Source: Zygnema circumcarinatum SAG 698-1b
Lineage: Eukaryota; Plantae; Zygnematophyceae
Assembly (NCBI GenBank): GCA_037447605.1
Contig: CM074818.1
Location: 1,686,617 to 1,750,616 of the forward strand
Direction: 5' to 3'
DNA: 64,000 nt
In this document: piece by piece, positions 1-11,419 of the stretch
Numbering within the stretch: the first letter of the stretch is position 1
Layout: every line of letters starts with the position of its first letter
Notes under the pieces: model-generated
The model's input: only the letters and a program-made list of their open reading frames with translations
The model's database searches: none
What the model was told of the DNA's origin: nothing
Translations under genes and position numbers: made by a program

Positions 1-320
1 CCTTGCACCTCTCTCTTCCAATATTTTCATTCCTCGTCTCATGCCCCTCCTCCTTCCGCGTCTCCTTTCTCTCTTTCCACTATCTTGCACTCCATGTTGC
101 CTTTCTACAATCATTATTTCTCGTAATTTTATACCTCCTGTACTGTACTTCCTCATCCAAGCTTTCTCCACACTCCACGTCTTCCTTCCAGGACTTCAGT
201 TTAGCTGAGATACCTTACTGTGCTGTGCTTTGTCTGCCCCACTCTTACTGACTAAGCGCTGCCATAACAGTGCAACACTTCCTCCCTTTCTCATCTGTAC
301 CCCCTTTCCCCTTCCCCTTC

Positions 321-400
<80 letters not shown>

Positions 401-489
401 GTCTGTCTCTCAACCGCCGATCTCCCCATCGCCATGTGACTGGATTGACCGTCGTTTGCGCGTTCTGTGTCTCACTGCTCTCGTGCCAG

Positions 490-893
490 ACGGAGAAGCA
501 GAAGAAACAGTGGAAGGAGCTCGAGATGAAGGTGGAGAAGGTGCGTTCTCTCTCACACTTGAAGTGTGTGTGTACGCCTCCCTCCCTCCCTCCCTCCCTC
601 CCTCTCTCAGAAAGTACCTTCTATCACTTACCTTCGCCCTGCAGCTAAGCAGGGAGACATGCTGTCTAAATGCTGAATGTCTCGACCCTTCCTTTCCGCT
701 TTTTCTGCTTCGTGATCGGCTTCAGGCGAAGGACTTCAAGGAGCGCAGTAAGGAGATTCGCCAGAAGCTTTGGTGGGATCGCTGCGCCGCCCTCCTCATT
801 TCCATCGTCTTCATCACCATCGCCATCGTCATATGGGTCTCGCTCTGTCACGGCTTCAAATGCAATATCGACTGGCACAGCTTCAAATTCTAA
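490..893 (+). CDS. 3' exons of a VAMP72-like R-SNARE (synaptobrevin family); 5' part not identified in window
   Basis: Exons 490-540 (AG|ACG...AAG|GT) and 726-893 splice in phase 0 to TEKQKKQWKELEMKVEK-AKDFKERSKEIRQKLWWDRCAALLISIVFITIAIVIWVSLCHGFKCNIDWHSFKF*. The AxDF...IRxKxW motif, TM helix and terminal CxGFxC resemble plant VAMP72 C-termini (recalled). Confidence 0.75.
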
Positions 894-2149
894 ATGGAAG
901 GAGGGCTTCAGTCGGATAGGAGTAGAGAGAAAGATAGATAGCGAGAGAGAGAGAGAGACAGCGAGATAGGGAGAGACAGGGAGAGAGAGAGAGAGAGATC
1001 TAACTTCGGCCCAAAGAGATCCTTTTCCTTTTCCTTTTCCTTTTCTAGGACTGGTCAAGGTGAGACGCATTATACCATTGATCGCTGCCCCAACGGAACA
1101 TTGTTAGCACTTTCGACAACATTATGTTGTCTGTGTACACAGTCTAGCTTTAGCCTTTTGTAGCCTACGGCTCCACCCTGAGCCCTACTTTTAATCCCCA
1201 CCATTGTTACTTTATACAGCACTTTACTTAGGAAGAAGAGCCAAGTACATAGATAGGGCATATGGCCCTGCAGGCAACGCTTTAAAGGGGAAGAGGATCA
1301 TCATTTTTTTAGGGTTTGTAAGCAAATGTACAGGCTCGTCAAGGAATACATCATTCTTTTTTCGCCTCCCTCCATATGCTGAGGAGGTGTACTCTCTAAG
1401 CAATCAAAGACTGTCCTTGAACCACCGTCTCTATGGATTAGGCAGCTCTCTCTCTTTTGCTCTCTCGCTCTCTCTCTCTCTAACTCTGAAGAACTTAAAG
1501 CAGCTCTTCTGCGTATTGAAAGACTGTCTTTCCCTCCGCCTCCCTCCCTCGCTCCCCCTCTTCCTCTCCAACCCCCACTCGCACTCTCTCACTCTCTCCC
1601 TCTCTCCCTCTCGCTCTCTCTCCGTCCTCAAAAGCAATGCAGACCGACCCAGCGATCCATCCAGGCTTCCCAGAAAGAGAGGCAGCTCGGGAACCTTTAG
1701 GGACCGGGGCCTTTAGGGACTTTCAAACTTCATGTTGTAAGAATGAGGTTTAGCAAACAATGTAGCCAAAATGTGGTCAAAAATTTCGCCGTAGTCTTAA
1801 AAGCAGAAATGTGGCCAAAATTCAAAAGCGTAAAAAAGCGCGGGAACCGGCTCGAACGCGCGGGCCGGGGAACCGCGACGTCGACAGACGTCACAGACGT
1901 CACAGCCTTCAACTGAAACCGACCTATCGGAACACCAGTGCCACTCAACCGATGACACGTGGACCCTAAGTGCCGACAAACGCTCAAGGTGACGGCTGGG
2001 ATGCGTTCCTGGCGCATGGAATTTTGGACGGTCGAGATACGCCGATTGCAATTGCCAAAACGACGGCCAGGGTTTGTCATTATCGTACAGTACAGACCGG
2101 GGCCGTACATAAATATGTTCGTACAGTACGGTAACCGGGTTTTCTGTTG

Positions 2150-3165
2150 GAAAATTCTATTCTCACACCTTTTTTGTCTACACACAGGCCTCTTTTCGCC
2201 GGGCAGATTTTAAAATAGCACAAAAAAAGAACACACCTTTCACACCTTCTCACCTTTTTTTTTTCACCTTTTTTTTCCCACCTTTTTGAAATCGATACAC
2301 ACCTTTCTCCATCGGGCAGATTTTACCCTTTCTTGTTTTTTTCAAAGAAAAAAATATCGGCCTGCCCGAATCCACTCGGAGCAGAAGATCCGTCCGCCAC
2401 GAGATCGTTCGCGGGTGGCCGTCCTTCACACGTGCAGAAACTATACACCGTCGATTCTAGAGCAGATCACACCACGGCAGATCACCTTTCGATCGGCAGC
2501 CGGGCTCGGTTCCAGCGAATGGCACACGCCCACGTGTCCCACCCGAGCAGGCTCGAGGACCGTACACAATTCGTACGGTCGCAGCTTCGAGGAAAGTCTA
2601 AATTCCTTACATTGCGAGCTTGAATCAATCACCATCTGCCGCGTGCTCTTTTTAGACGTGGCAAACTGTGATTGGTACAGGCACTCAACTTTAATTATTA
2701 CGTTTTTTGACTTTCCTCGAAGCTGCGGGCGTACGCCTTTTGTACGGTCCTTGGAGCCGGCTTGGGTGGGACACGTGGGACAGAGCCCGGCTGCTGATCG
2801 AACGGTGATCTGCCATGGTGCGATATGCGTGAATATCGACGGCGGAAAATTATTGCACGTGTGAAGGACGGCCACCCGCGAACGATCTCGTGGCGGACGG
2901 ATCTTCCGCTGCGAACGGATTCGGGCAGGCAGATATTTTTTTCTCTGAAAATAAATGATAAGGAGTAAAATCTGCCCGACAGAAAAAGGTCTCACGGCGC
3001 TCGGCCGCTCAGGACTGGTAGCGTGTATCGATTCCAAAAAGATGTGAAAAAAAAGGTGAAAAAAAAAAGGTGTGAAAGGTGTGTTCCTTTTTTGTCTATT
3101 TTAAAACCTGCCCAGCGAAAAGAGGTCTGTGCGTAGACAAAAAAGGTGTGAGAATCGAATTTTCC
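2150..3165. mobile_element. Non-autonomous foldback / Mutator-like element with ~450-bp terminal inverted repeats
   Basis: 2149-2598 is the reverse complement, with mismatches and indels, of 2709-3165 (ends GGAAAATTCTATTCTCACACC / GGTGTGAGAATCGAATTTTCC; inner ends CGCAGCTTCGAGGAAAGTC / GACTTTCCTCGAAGCTGCG). The direct repeat TTTCTGTTG flanks it at 2141-2149 and 3166-3174. No transposase ORF. Confidence 0.8.
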
Positions 3166-3632
3166 TTTCTGTTGCTACTGTACCGTACTGTACTGATAAG
3201 GCCCTCGCGGACATTGAGAGGGCGCGGGCAGTCCAAAACCCTGAAGGAGCAAAGGCTTAAACCCTAAACCCTGAAAACCTTCAACCCTGAACCCTGAGCT
3301 CTGAACCGAAAACCCTGAACTCGAAGCTTAAACCCGAAACCCTGAATTTCTGCATGAAACCCAAGTTCTTGGAAGACTTGACCAGCTCCGGAGCTCACTT
3401 GAAACACTGCATGGGCAAAACCCTAATTTCCGTGTCGCAGTGACGCCGGTCCTGTGCCGAGCGCGGGACCTCCATTCCTGAATACCGCTTTTCGCCTGTT
3501 TTCAATCGCAGGCTTGGACCAACGGCAACCCTAACCCTAATTTGTTGAACCTAGAGCTGCTCCTCTGCACTTGAATTCTAACTCCTGCTTGAAACCCTAA
3601 ACCCCAATCCCAGACTAGGATTAGGGAACATC

Positions 3633-3861
3633 AACCCTAACTCTAACTCGAACCCTAATCCTAATCCTTATCCTAACACTAATCCTAACCCTAACCCTAA
3701 TCCTAACCCTAACCCTAACCCTAACCCTAACCCTAACCCTAACCCTAACCCTAACCCTAACCCTAACCCTAACCCTAACCCTAACCCTAACCCTAATACT
3801 AACCCTAACCCTAATCCTAACCCCAACGCCAACCCCAACCCAAACCCCAACCCTAACCCTA
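3633..3861 (+). repeat. Interstitial telomere-like (CCCTAA)n array just upstream of the SMU2 start codon
   Basis: About 38 hexamers, perfect in the centre and degenerate at the edges. Degenerate AACCCTGA/AACCCTAA units extend back to ~3235. The array ends ~41 bp before ATG 3903. Confidence 0.95.
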
Positions 3862-3902
3862 GGCATTCGGCATCTCCCTTCTTCCCTCATTCCTTCGCCG
3901 CC

Positions 3903-5420
3903 ATGGACGATGCCGACGAGCCCACCTCCAACCCCCTCCCCCCCCCTCCCCCCCGTGGGGGGCCGGGGCCTCGGCGCGGGGCTGAGAGGGAGAAGGCCGG
4001 AGGCGCATACTCGAACCTCTCCAACACTGACTTTCGGAAGATGGTCATGGAGACGCCACGTGGCGGCTCAGAAAGGAAGGAGAAGGATCAGCGGCCGCGC
4101 AAGTACTGCTCCTCTCCCTCCCCTCACTCATCTTCTTCCTCCTCCTGCTACTTCTATTTCTCCTCCTCCTCCTCTTGCTCTTACTATACTGCTAATGCCG
4201 CTGCTCCTCCTCTTTCTCCTCCTACTCCTGCACTCATACTCGTACTCCTCCTGCTACTCCTATACCTCCCCCACTGCTTGCTTCCGCTACTCCTCCCTCT
4301 CCTCCACGTGGTTTCTGCCCCTGCTTGCGGCCCAACCAGCTGTGCCAGTAAAGTAGGCTTTGACAGCTGGCGTGGGTGGGGCCTCCAGGGATAGCAAGGG
4401 CAAGCGTCTGGAGGAGGATGAAGAGGATGGCGGAGAGCGAGCTAGTGAGAGAGGGGGTGGAGGACGGGGCGGAGGTCGGAGAGGGAGAGGGGGAGGAGGA
4501 GGAGGAGGACGTGGGAAAGAGTGAGTGGCCCTTTTTCCTGTGTTCTTTTCATTTAGTGTATTATTGTGTTGAAATTTTTTCTTAGAGCAGGCGGAAAAGT
4601 TCAATTTTTTTTCTCCCTGACGGTTCTAAACGAGATGCCATCGAATCCACAAGCCCCAAGCGTGATATATGTTCATTCGTTCACATTTTTTGTTGACGTA
4701 TACTCTCAGAGCATTGCAAATCGTAGTTTGGTGTATGAAACCCTAATACTCTACGCGAACAATTAGTAGTCACAAGTATTTGTTGATTTTCTCTCTCTCT
4801 CTCTCTCCCTCCCTCCCCTCAACTCTCCTCCATCTTCTCCCTCTCTCCCCTCTCCAACTAGCCGTATTTGGGGGTTAAAGCAGTGCTGAGGCAGAGAAAG
4901 ACAAAGCAGACGTGGAGGAGAATCCGAGTTACAGAGACCGCGCTGAAGAAAGGAGGAAGGATCAAAACCCGGACTATGTGAACACAGCAACGGAACTGGG
5001 AGCATTGAACGCCGTAGGGCCACCCGGAACTATAGATCTATTGTGAGTATGGTTCAGCAATTGCATATTTGGGCCTCCTTGTTAAGGATCTCTTCGTTGA
5101 CCTTCCAGAGGTCGACTTATGGTGTGAGAAGTTTGCGAGAGGAGGGAGAGAGGGAGCGAGGGGAAGTGGGAGGGGGAAAGAAAGGGGAGACGAGGCTTAT
5201 AGGGTTATTGAAATTTTAAATTTTGGGGTGTTTGAAGGGACTCATGATGATATTCTGACATTGAAGGGAGAGGGCTTCTACAGAACAGGGGAAGCTCACC
5301 GAATCTCTATCGAAAACTCAAAGTTTTTGGGAGGTAAGTGATGGTCTTGCTCCTCTCGTAGTTGAACGATGGACGCCCTTAGGGTTTTGAGTCAGCTGGT
5401 CAAGGCGACGAGGGAGACAC

Positions 5421-5508
<88 letters not shown>

Positions 5509-8330
5509 CCCTCTCTCCTCTTTCTCTCCCAAGACATTTCAGTTTGGCAAGTCTATTTTGAGTGTTTTTTTGGCACATTTCCAAACCCTAATTGTGTTCC
5601 ATGCTGACTGAGTGCAGGTGATTTGGAACACACGCATTTGGTGAAGGGGCTGGACTTCGCTCTCCTTCAGAAAGTGCGGAGCGAGTTGGAACACAAGCAG
5701 GGCGAGGAGGGGGATGAGAGACTGCCCAAGTGAGGGTCTCCCAATCTCTCTCTCAAAGCTCGCAGAAACAATGCACCTTTAGAACATTCAAATTTCAAAA
5801 CACCAAGATGTTAAAATTCCTCGAGTTTAAAAAATGTAAAGATGAGGGGGTTTGTCTGTGCATTTGTCGGCATGGAAACTGGTTTTTTTACTTCCAGCTT
5901 CTGTTGAATATATGGATAGGGCTCCTGGTAATGAGATTGTAGCGATGAGGGTGTGAGTGGGAGACATGAGTTTGCAGAGCAGCTGCATGTTGCTTCAGGA
6001 TGAGTTTTTTCAGTCTCTAAGTAAAACCTTCATTGGGGGGAGGACAGAGAGAGGAGAGAGGAGAAAGCGATGATTTTCCGGAGCACCATGGCTAAGGTGA
6101 GTGGCCGAAAAGGAGGCGTGGAAGGAAGGTGGGAGAGAGGCATACATTGGGAGGGAGCGGAGCTGAGTGAGTGAGAGAGAGGGATGGGAATGAACATAGC
6201 CTCGGCAGATAGAGAATACGGAGAGGGTGGTGTGGTGAAGAAAGAAAATTTGTCGCATTGTGTAGAGGGAAAGTTCCTATGATGGGGAGAGGAGTGGGAG
6301 TGAAGGAAGGTGGGAGGAGGGAAGGGAGACGGACTATGAGGGTTGGAGAGGAGAGAGGGGAGAGGGGCGAGGGAAGAGAGGCCACAAATGCTTAATATGC
6401 ATCTTTGGTTAAATTATAGCAAAGAAAGTGCTCTAGTATAGGCCCTTAATTGTGAATGTGTAGGCGTGACATGTGACAGGCAGTTTATCAGCACCTTGTG
6501 AAGCCTCCGGTGGTCAAAAAAGTCAACGAAATGTTTCTGAAGGGGCGGACCCTTTATGTCTTTGACATGGTGAGGGGGAAAGGCAGCTTCTGAACCCTTC
6601 TGCTTGTTCAGTTACAAATTCGTTTTTGTATTTGATTTTTCCATGGCACATGGAACCTCCCTTTTCCTTGTATTGTTTGCTGCTCTATTTTCACCGCTCC
6701 CCTTTATGGGCAGTGTCAGAGTGACAAGAGGGAGGGCCTCTCTTTGCAGGACGAAGAGTTCGGTCATGAAATTCCCACAACGGTTGTTCGAAGCAAAGAC
6801 GATTGCCCCCCTCCTGAGGTGAGTGCGGACCGGCCTCTCTCGTCTGTCTCTCTCTCTCTCTCACGCCTCTCTCTCCCAGTCTCACGTCCCTCGCTCTCCC
6901 TCTCACGTCTCTCTCTCTCTCACGTCTCTCTCAATCACGACTTTCTCCCTCACGTCTCTCTCTTTCACGTCTCTGTCTCTCTCACCTCTCGCTCTCTCTC
7001 ACACGTCTTTGTCTCTCTCACGTCTCTCGCTCGCTCTCTCACGTCTCTCTCTCAATCACGTCTTTCTCTCTCTCACTTCTCTCAACGCCTCTCAAATCTC
7101 TCACATTTTTCACATCTCCCTCGTCTCTCACAACACCAGTCAACCTAAAGGCCAGTCTGTATAGGAAAGTGACATAAAGAGGACCGAGAGTTTACTTCTC
7201 TTCCCTCTCAAATAACTTGAAACATCATACATGGCACCATGTTGAAAGTCTTTTTGTAGGGCTACATTGTTCTAGGACTTTTTATGTTAAGTTAGTTAAT
7301 TGCAGTATCTTCGCTGGAGACTTGAGCATGGCTATGTGAGAAAGCTGTAAAACATCCTCATGATAATGAAAAGGAATTTCGATGTTCACTTTGTATGGCT
7401 TCTCCGTTGCAGGATACGATTTCCGTTTCCGTGGACAGTGCTGTGCTGGAACGAATTTCGCGAATCATGTCATATCTCCGTCTCGGCGGCTCTGGAAAAG
7501 TGAGAGAGAAATGAGAAAATAAGAAAATAATTATAATAATAATAATAATACGATAATTTCAATTTTTCGTAGAGAAACGTAGAGGTTTTACTGAATTGGG
7601 CCTTTCCTGTTGCAGACACTGAAGAAGAAGAAGAAGGAGAAGGAGAATGGAAAAGGTGAGTGCGAGAGAGGAAGAGGAGAGAGAGGATGAGGAGGAGAGA
7701 GAGGAAGATTGAAAACTGGAAATCTCTTGACTCCCCTCAAGCCGCTCTCGAACCCTCTCATGAAACATGCCAAAATTGCATCGAAATTTGATAAAACTTG
7801 CAAGCCTTGTTGAACTTGATTGAGATTCTCTTTCCTTTCTTTTCTTTTCTTTCTTCTGTTTTTTTTTTTTTTTTTTTTTCTCCGCCAGCTCTTTTGCTGC
7901 CAGGTGTTGTTCCGAGCATAGCCGAAGATGGTCTCACTGAAGAGGAAGAACCTTCTAGAAGCTCCGCAGCCAATGGGAGAGCTTCTCTCTCTCTCCCTCT
8001 CCCACCTCCCCCTCCTCTTCCTCCTCCAGGGCCTCGAGATGAAGAGGATGACATTTTTGTTGGAGCGGGAACTGACTACAAGGTCGAGCTTCCAAATAAG
8101 AGGAGAGGGGGGGAAGAGGGAGAGGGTGGGAAGCAGGAGAAGATGAGGATGAGAGGAGAGAGGGGAGGGAAGGGGAAGTACTTTGAGCAGTCGAGTGGGC
8201 TGGAAGAGCTCCCTCCCCCTCCTCCTCCCCCTCCGGGAGAGGCTATGCCTGCTCTCCCTCCACCTCCGCCTTTCCCTCAACAGTGGGAGGTGAGTTTCCG
8301 GGAGTGTCTCTCTCTCTCTCTCTCTCTCCC

Positions 8331-8378
<48 letters not shown>

Positions 8379-10214
8379 CTGCTTTTGTGTTAGTTTCTTT
8401 ATGTTCAAAGCCCTGAGATTCACAGGACTAATCTCTTCCTCCCAAAAGGTCCAAAAGTGGAGGAGCCCCTCAAGCTCAAGAATCCCTCTTCTTTGATTGC
8501 TCTGCAACGCTTACAAACTGTGAAAACATCATTTTTTTTTGGAAAAAATGTCATCCTTACATTTCGCCTTTTGTTCCTTCCAAGTGTCCTATCATCAACT
8601 CTTCCTATTTCCCCACATATTGTCCTCCGTATGCAGAGCGGATACCCTCCCGCTGTGCAGGGCCCTTCCTTCCCCCCCCAACAGGGAGGGTGGGAGGACT
8701 ACCCTCCCCCTCCTCCCGCGGGAGAGGAGTTCGGAGGAGGGGGAGTATGGCCCTCCTCTGAAGCTCAGCCAAGTCAGTTAACCGACCAAACCTACCCGCA
8801 GTATTCCGGCCACTATGCAGCCGCTTATCCACAGGGATACCCCGATGCTAACAGCACATGGTATGACAGTAATGGGGGGCTAGTAGCACCCTCAGAGGGA
8901 GCCGATATGGGTATGGATGAACTGCCTCCTCCTCCTCCTCCGGGTGATCCCTTCCCATTGGGTGATCCAAGGGCATCTCGTGACCCGAAGTTTATGAGTC
9001 AGGAGGAGAAGGATAGGGGCATGGGGTCGGTTTTCCTAAGGGATGACAATCGGCTTATAGGGAAGAAGGAGCAGGATATGAGGGAGAGAGATCCGGCGTT
9101 TGTATCAGAGAGCTATTCGGAATGCTATCCCGACTATAAGGGATTTACGAGGGAGGTTGTGGAGAGCGATGACGAGGAAGACTTGTCGAAGATGGACCAA
9201 GGCAGTAAGGTGGGTGTGGTTTTTGCTTCCATGGGGAGGGGTGTTCCTGCCATTCATGTTCTCATGTTTTTTTTCATACACTTTCATGTATGGTCCGTGC
9301 ATCCTTCCCTGCATGCACTCATGCATGCTTTATGTGCTCTCTCCCTTGTGGGTTTTCCCGCAAACCCTTGAACATGCCCTCATGCCTGCACGCACCGATG
9401 CACTCATGTATGCCTCCATATGTTCTCATGGCATCGCACACGCCCTCACGCATCCTCTTGCTTATATTCACTCTCACGCATGCTCCATGCTTCCTCACAC
9501 CGTCCCATACATCAATCTCACGCATGCCCATGCCATGCCATGCCTTAAATTTCCCCAACCATCCCTCTTTCAATGAAGCGCCATGAACGCATCATACCAC
9601 CATATCCATCCATGCCTTCCACAAAATCTATCTGTCCTTGCCTTCCTTAGCTCTCATCCACCATGCCTTCCTCAGTATCCGTCCATCTATGCCTTCATCA
9701 ACACCCATCAATCTATCCCTTTTAAACATCCATCCATCCATCCATCCATCCATCCATCCATCCATCCATCCATCCATCCATCCACCCATCCATCCACCCA
9801 TCCATCCACCCATCCATCCATCCATCCACCACCCATCCAACCATCCATCCACCACCCATCCATCCATCCATCCACCACCCATCCATCCATCCATCCACCA
9901 CCCATCCACCCATCCATCCATCCATCCATGCCCTCTCTCTGCCTGTGCAGGCGAAGGGGCGGCTCCACCAGTGGGACTTTGAGACGGAGGAGGAGTGGAC
10001 GCGCTACAACGAGAGCAAGGAGGCGATGCCCAAAGCCGCCTTCCAGTTCGGCGTTAAGACTGCGGACGGCCGCCGAACGCGCAAGTCCGGAAAGGACCGC
10101 GAGCAGAAGCTGAACAACGAGCTCCATCAGATCACCAAAATCATGGAGAGGAGAAAGAAGGATGGGGACGACGACTATGGAGAAGAAACTCCGAACAAAA
10201 AGACGCGCTACTGA
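3903..10214 (+). CDS. SMU2: RED/IK family spliceosomal protein (SMU2 ortholog), ~12 exons
   Basis: Exons approx. 3903-4102, 4884-5042, 5284-5333, 5618-5729, 6048-6096, 6480-6568, 6750-6818, 7413-7499, 7616-7655, 7904-8289, 8637-9209, 9951-10214, all GT-AG. Motifs [61 protein letters not shown] and WDFETEEEW...[11 protein letters not shown]...KLNNELHQI match RED/SMU2 (recalled). One apparent frameshift at ~6552. Confidence 0.95.
6835..7130. repeat. Intronic degenerate (CT)n array punctuated by CACG/CACGT
   Basis: Repeated TCTCTCACGTCTCTC-type units within the SMU2 intron. Confidence 0.85.
9727..9929. repeat. Intronic (CCAT)n tetranucleotide array
   Basis: CATC/CCAC units in the last SMU2 intron, ending ~20 bp before the acceptor. 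Confidence 0.95.
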
Positions 10215-11419
10215 GACGTGGACGGGAGGGATGGGGATTGGGATGAAGGCGGTTTTGTTGTTGGGGAGATTTTTTTCTTGGAGTTTAGACGGGTTTAGGG
10301 TTCAGGGTCGTTAGGATTCACGAGTGGCTGGAATAAAGCTGCGGATGTGGGCCTTTTCGTCATTGTGTCGGCAACTTTTGTGCCTTTGTGAAGGAAGAGG
10401 CGCTACCAACAAGGCAGATTTCAAAGTGACCGTGGAGGAGAACGAGGGCTCTCAAAACTGCGAGGCTCTAATCAGCAACTCCTCTTGTAGTAAGGTTAAT
10501 TGTAAAGATGAATGACACAAATCCTAAAAATTACAAAGACGCCCCCTAAAACTCAGAGGACCCAAGATCTTAGAAACTAAAAAGCCGTGATGAACTAAAA
10601 AACCTTTGAGGAGGCTTTGCAATCTATCCGCATGGACACCGACAGCATCCAATGAACGCTCTGTGACCATTTCTCTGAGATAGTTGTCAAAATCCCATGT
10701 TCTATGTGAACCTACGTGACAATAAGAGGCTCCGCTTCCGTGACAGTACATGGTGTCACAATTCCTCCCTCCCTGTACCTGAGAGAGGAGGGGGGGGCGG
10801 CGAGAGAGTGGCGAGCAAGAGAGGGAACGAGAGCCAGCGGAAGAGGAGCATGCAGAGCTCCGTTCCCTCCTCCCTCTATTTCCTTCTCCCTGTCCCGCCC
10901 TCTCTCTCTCCGTCTCTCTTGCTTCTCTTGTCCTAGCCTGCCATCCGCTATTGCATCAATAGCGTGCATTTGCTTAAGGGCCATACAAAACCATGTTTGG
11001 AACTGTCGGGAAAAAGCGAATGAAGAGTGGATTGGCATCGACGACGCCTTTGAAAGTGGGCATTCCAACGAAACAAATAAGGCGTTTCTATGACCATACC
11101 GGAATACCCCATCAATCAAGATTTTGCTCATGTCTCGCGCTGCGGGAATCGACAAAACTTTTGGACAAAATCTTCTCATCGAGACAAAATTTGGACCAAA
11201 ATTGAGTGTTCAGTCACTATACAAAGCACTCTGCACAGAAGACATAAGAGGGGGAATGGAGAGTGGGAGAGAAAGGGAGGGAGAAAGAAAGAGCGAGGGA
11301 AAGCCGGGAAGAGGGAGAGGGCGGCGGGGGAATGAGAGGGACGGAAGGAAGGAGAGGAAGGCAGTGAGGAGGAGGGAGAGAGGTGGGCTGCGCAGTAGAC
11401 TAAGTCTCGCTTCGCCAGT

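Noticed and set aside
3633-3861. True chromosome end or telomere
   Set aside because: The array is flanked on both sides by unique sequence and intact genes, so it is interstitial.
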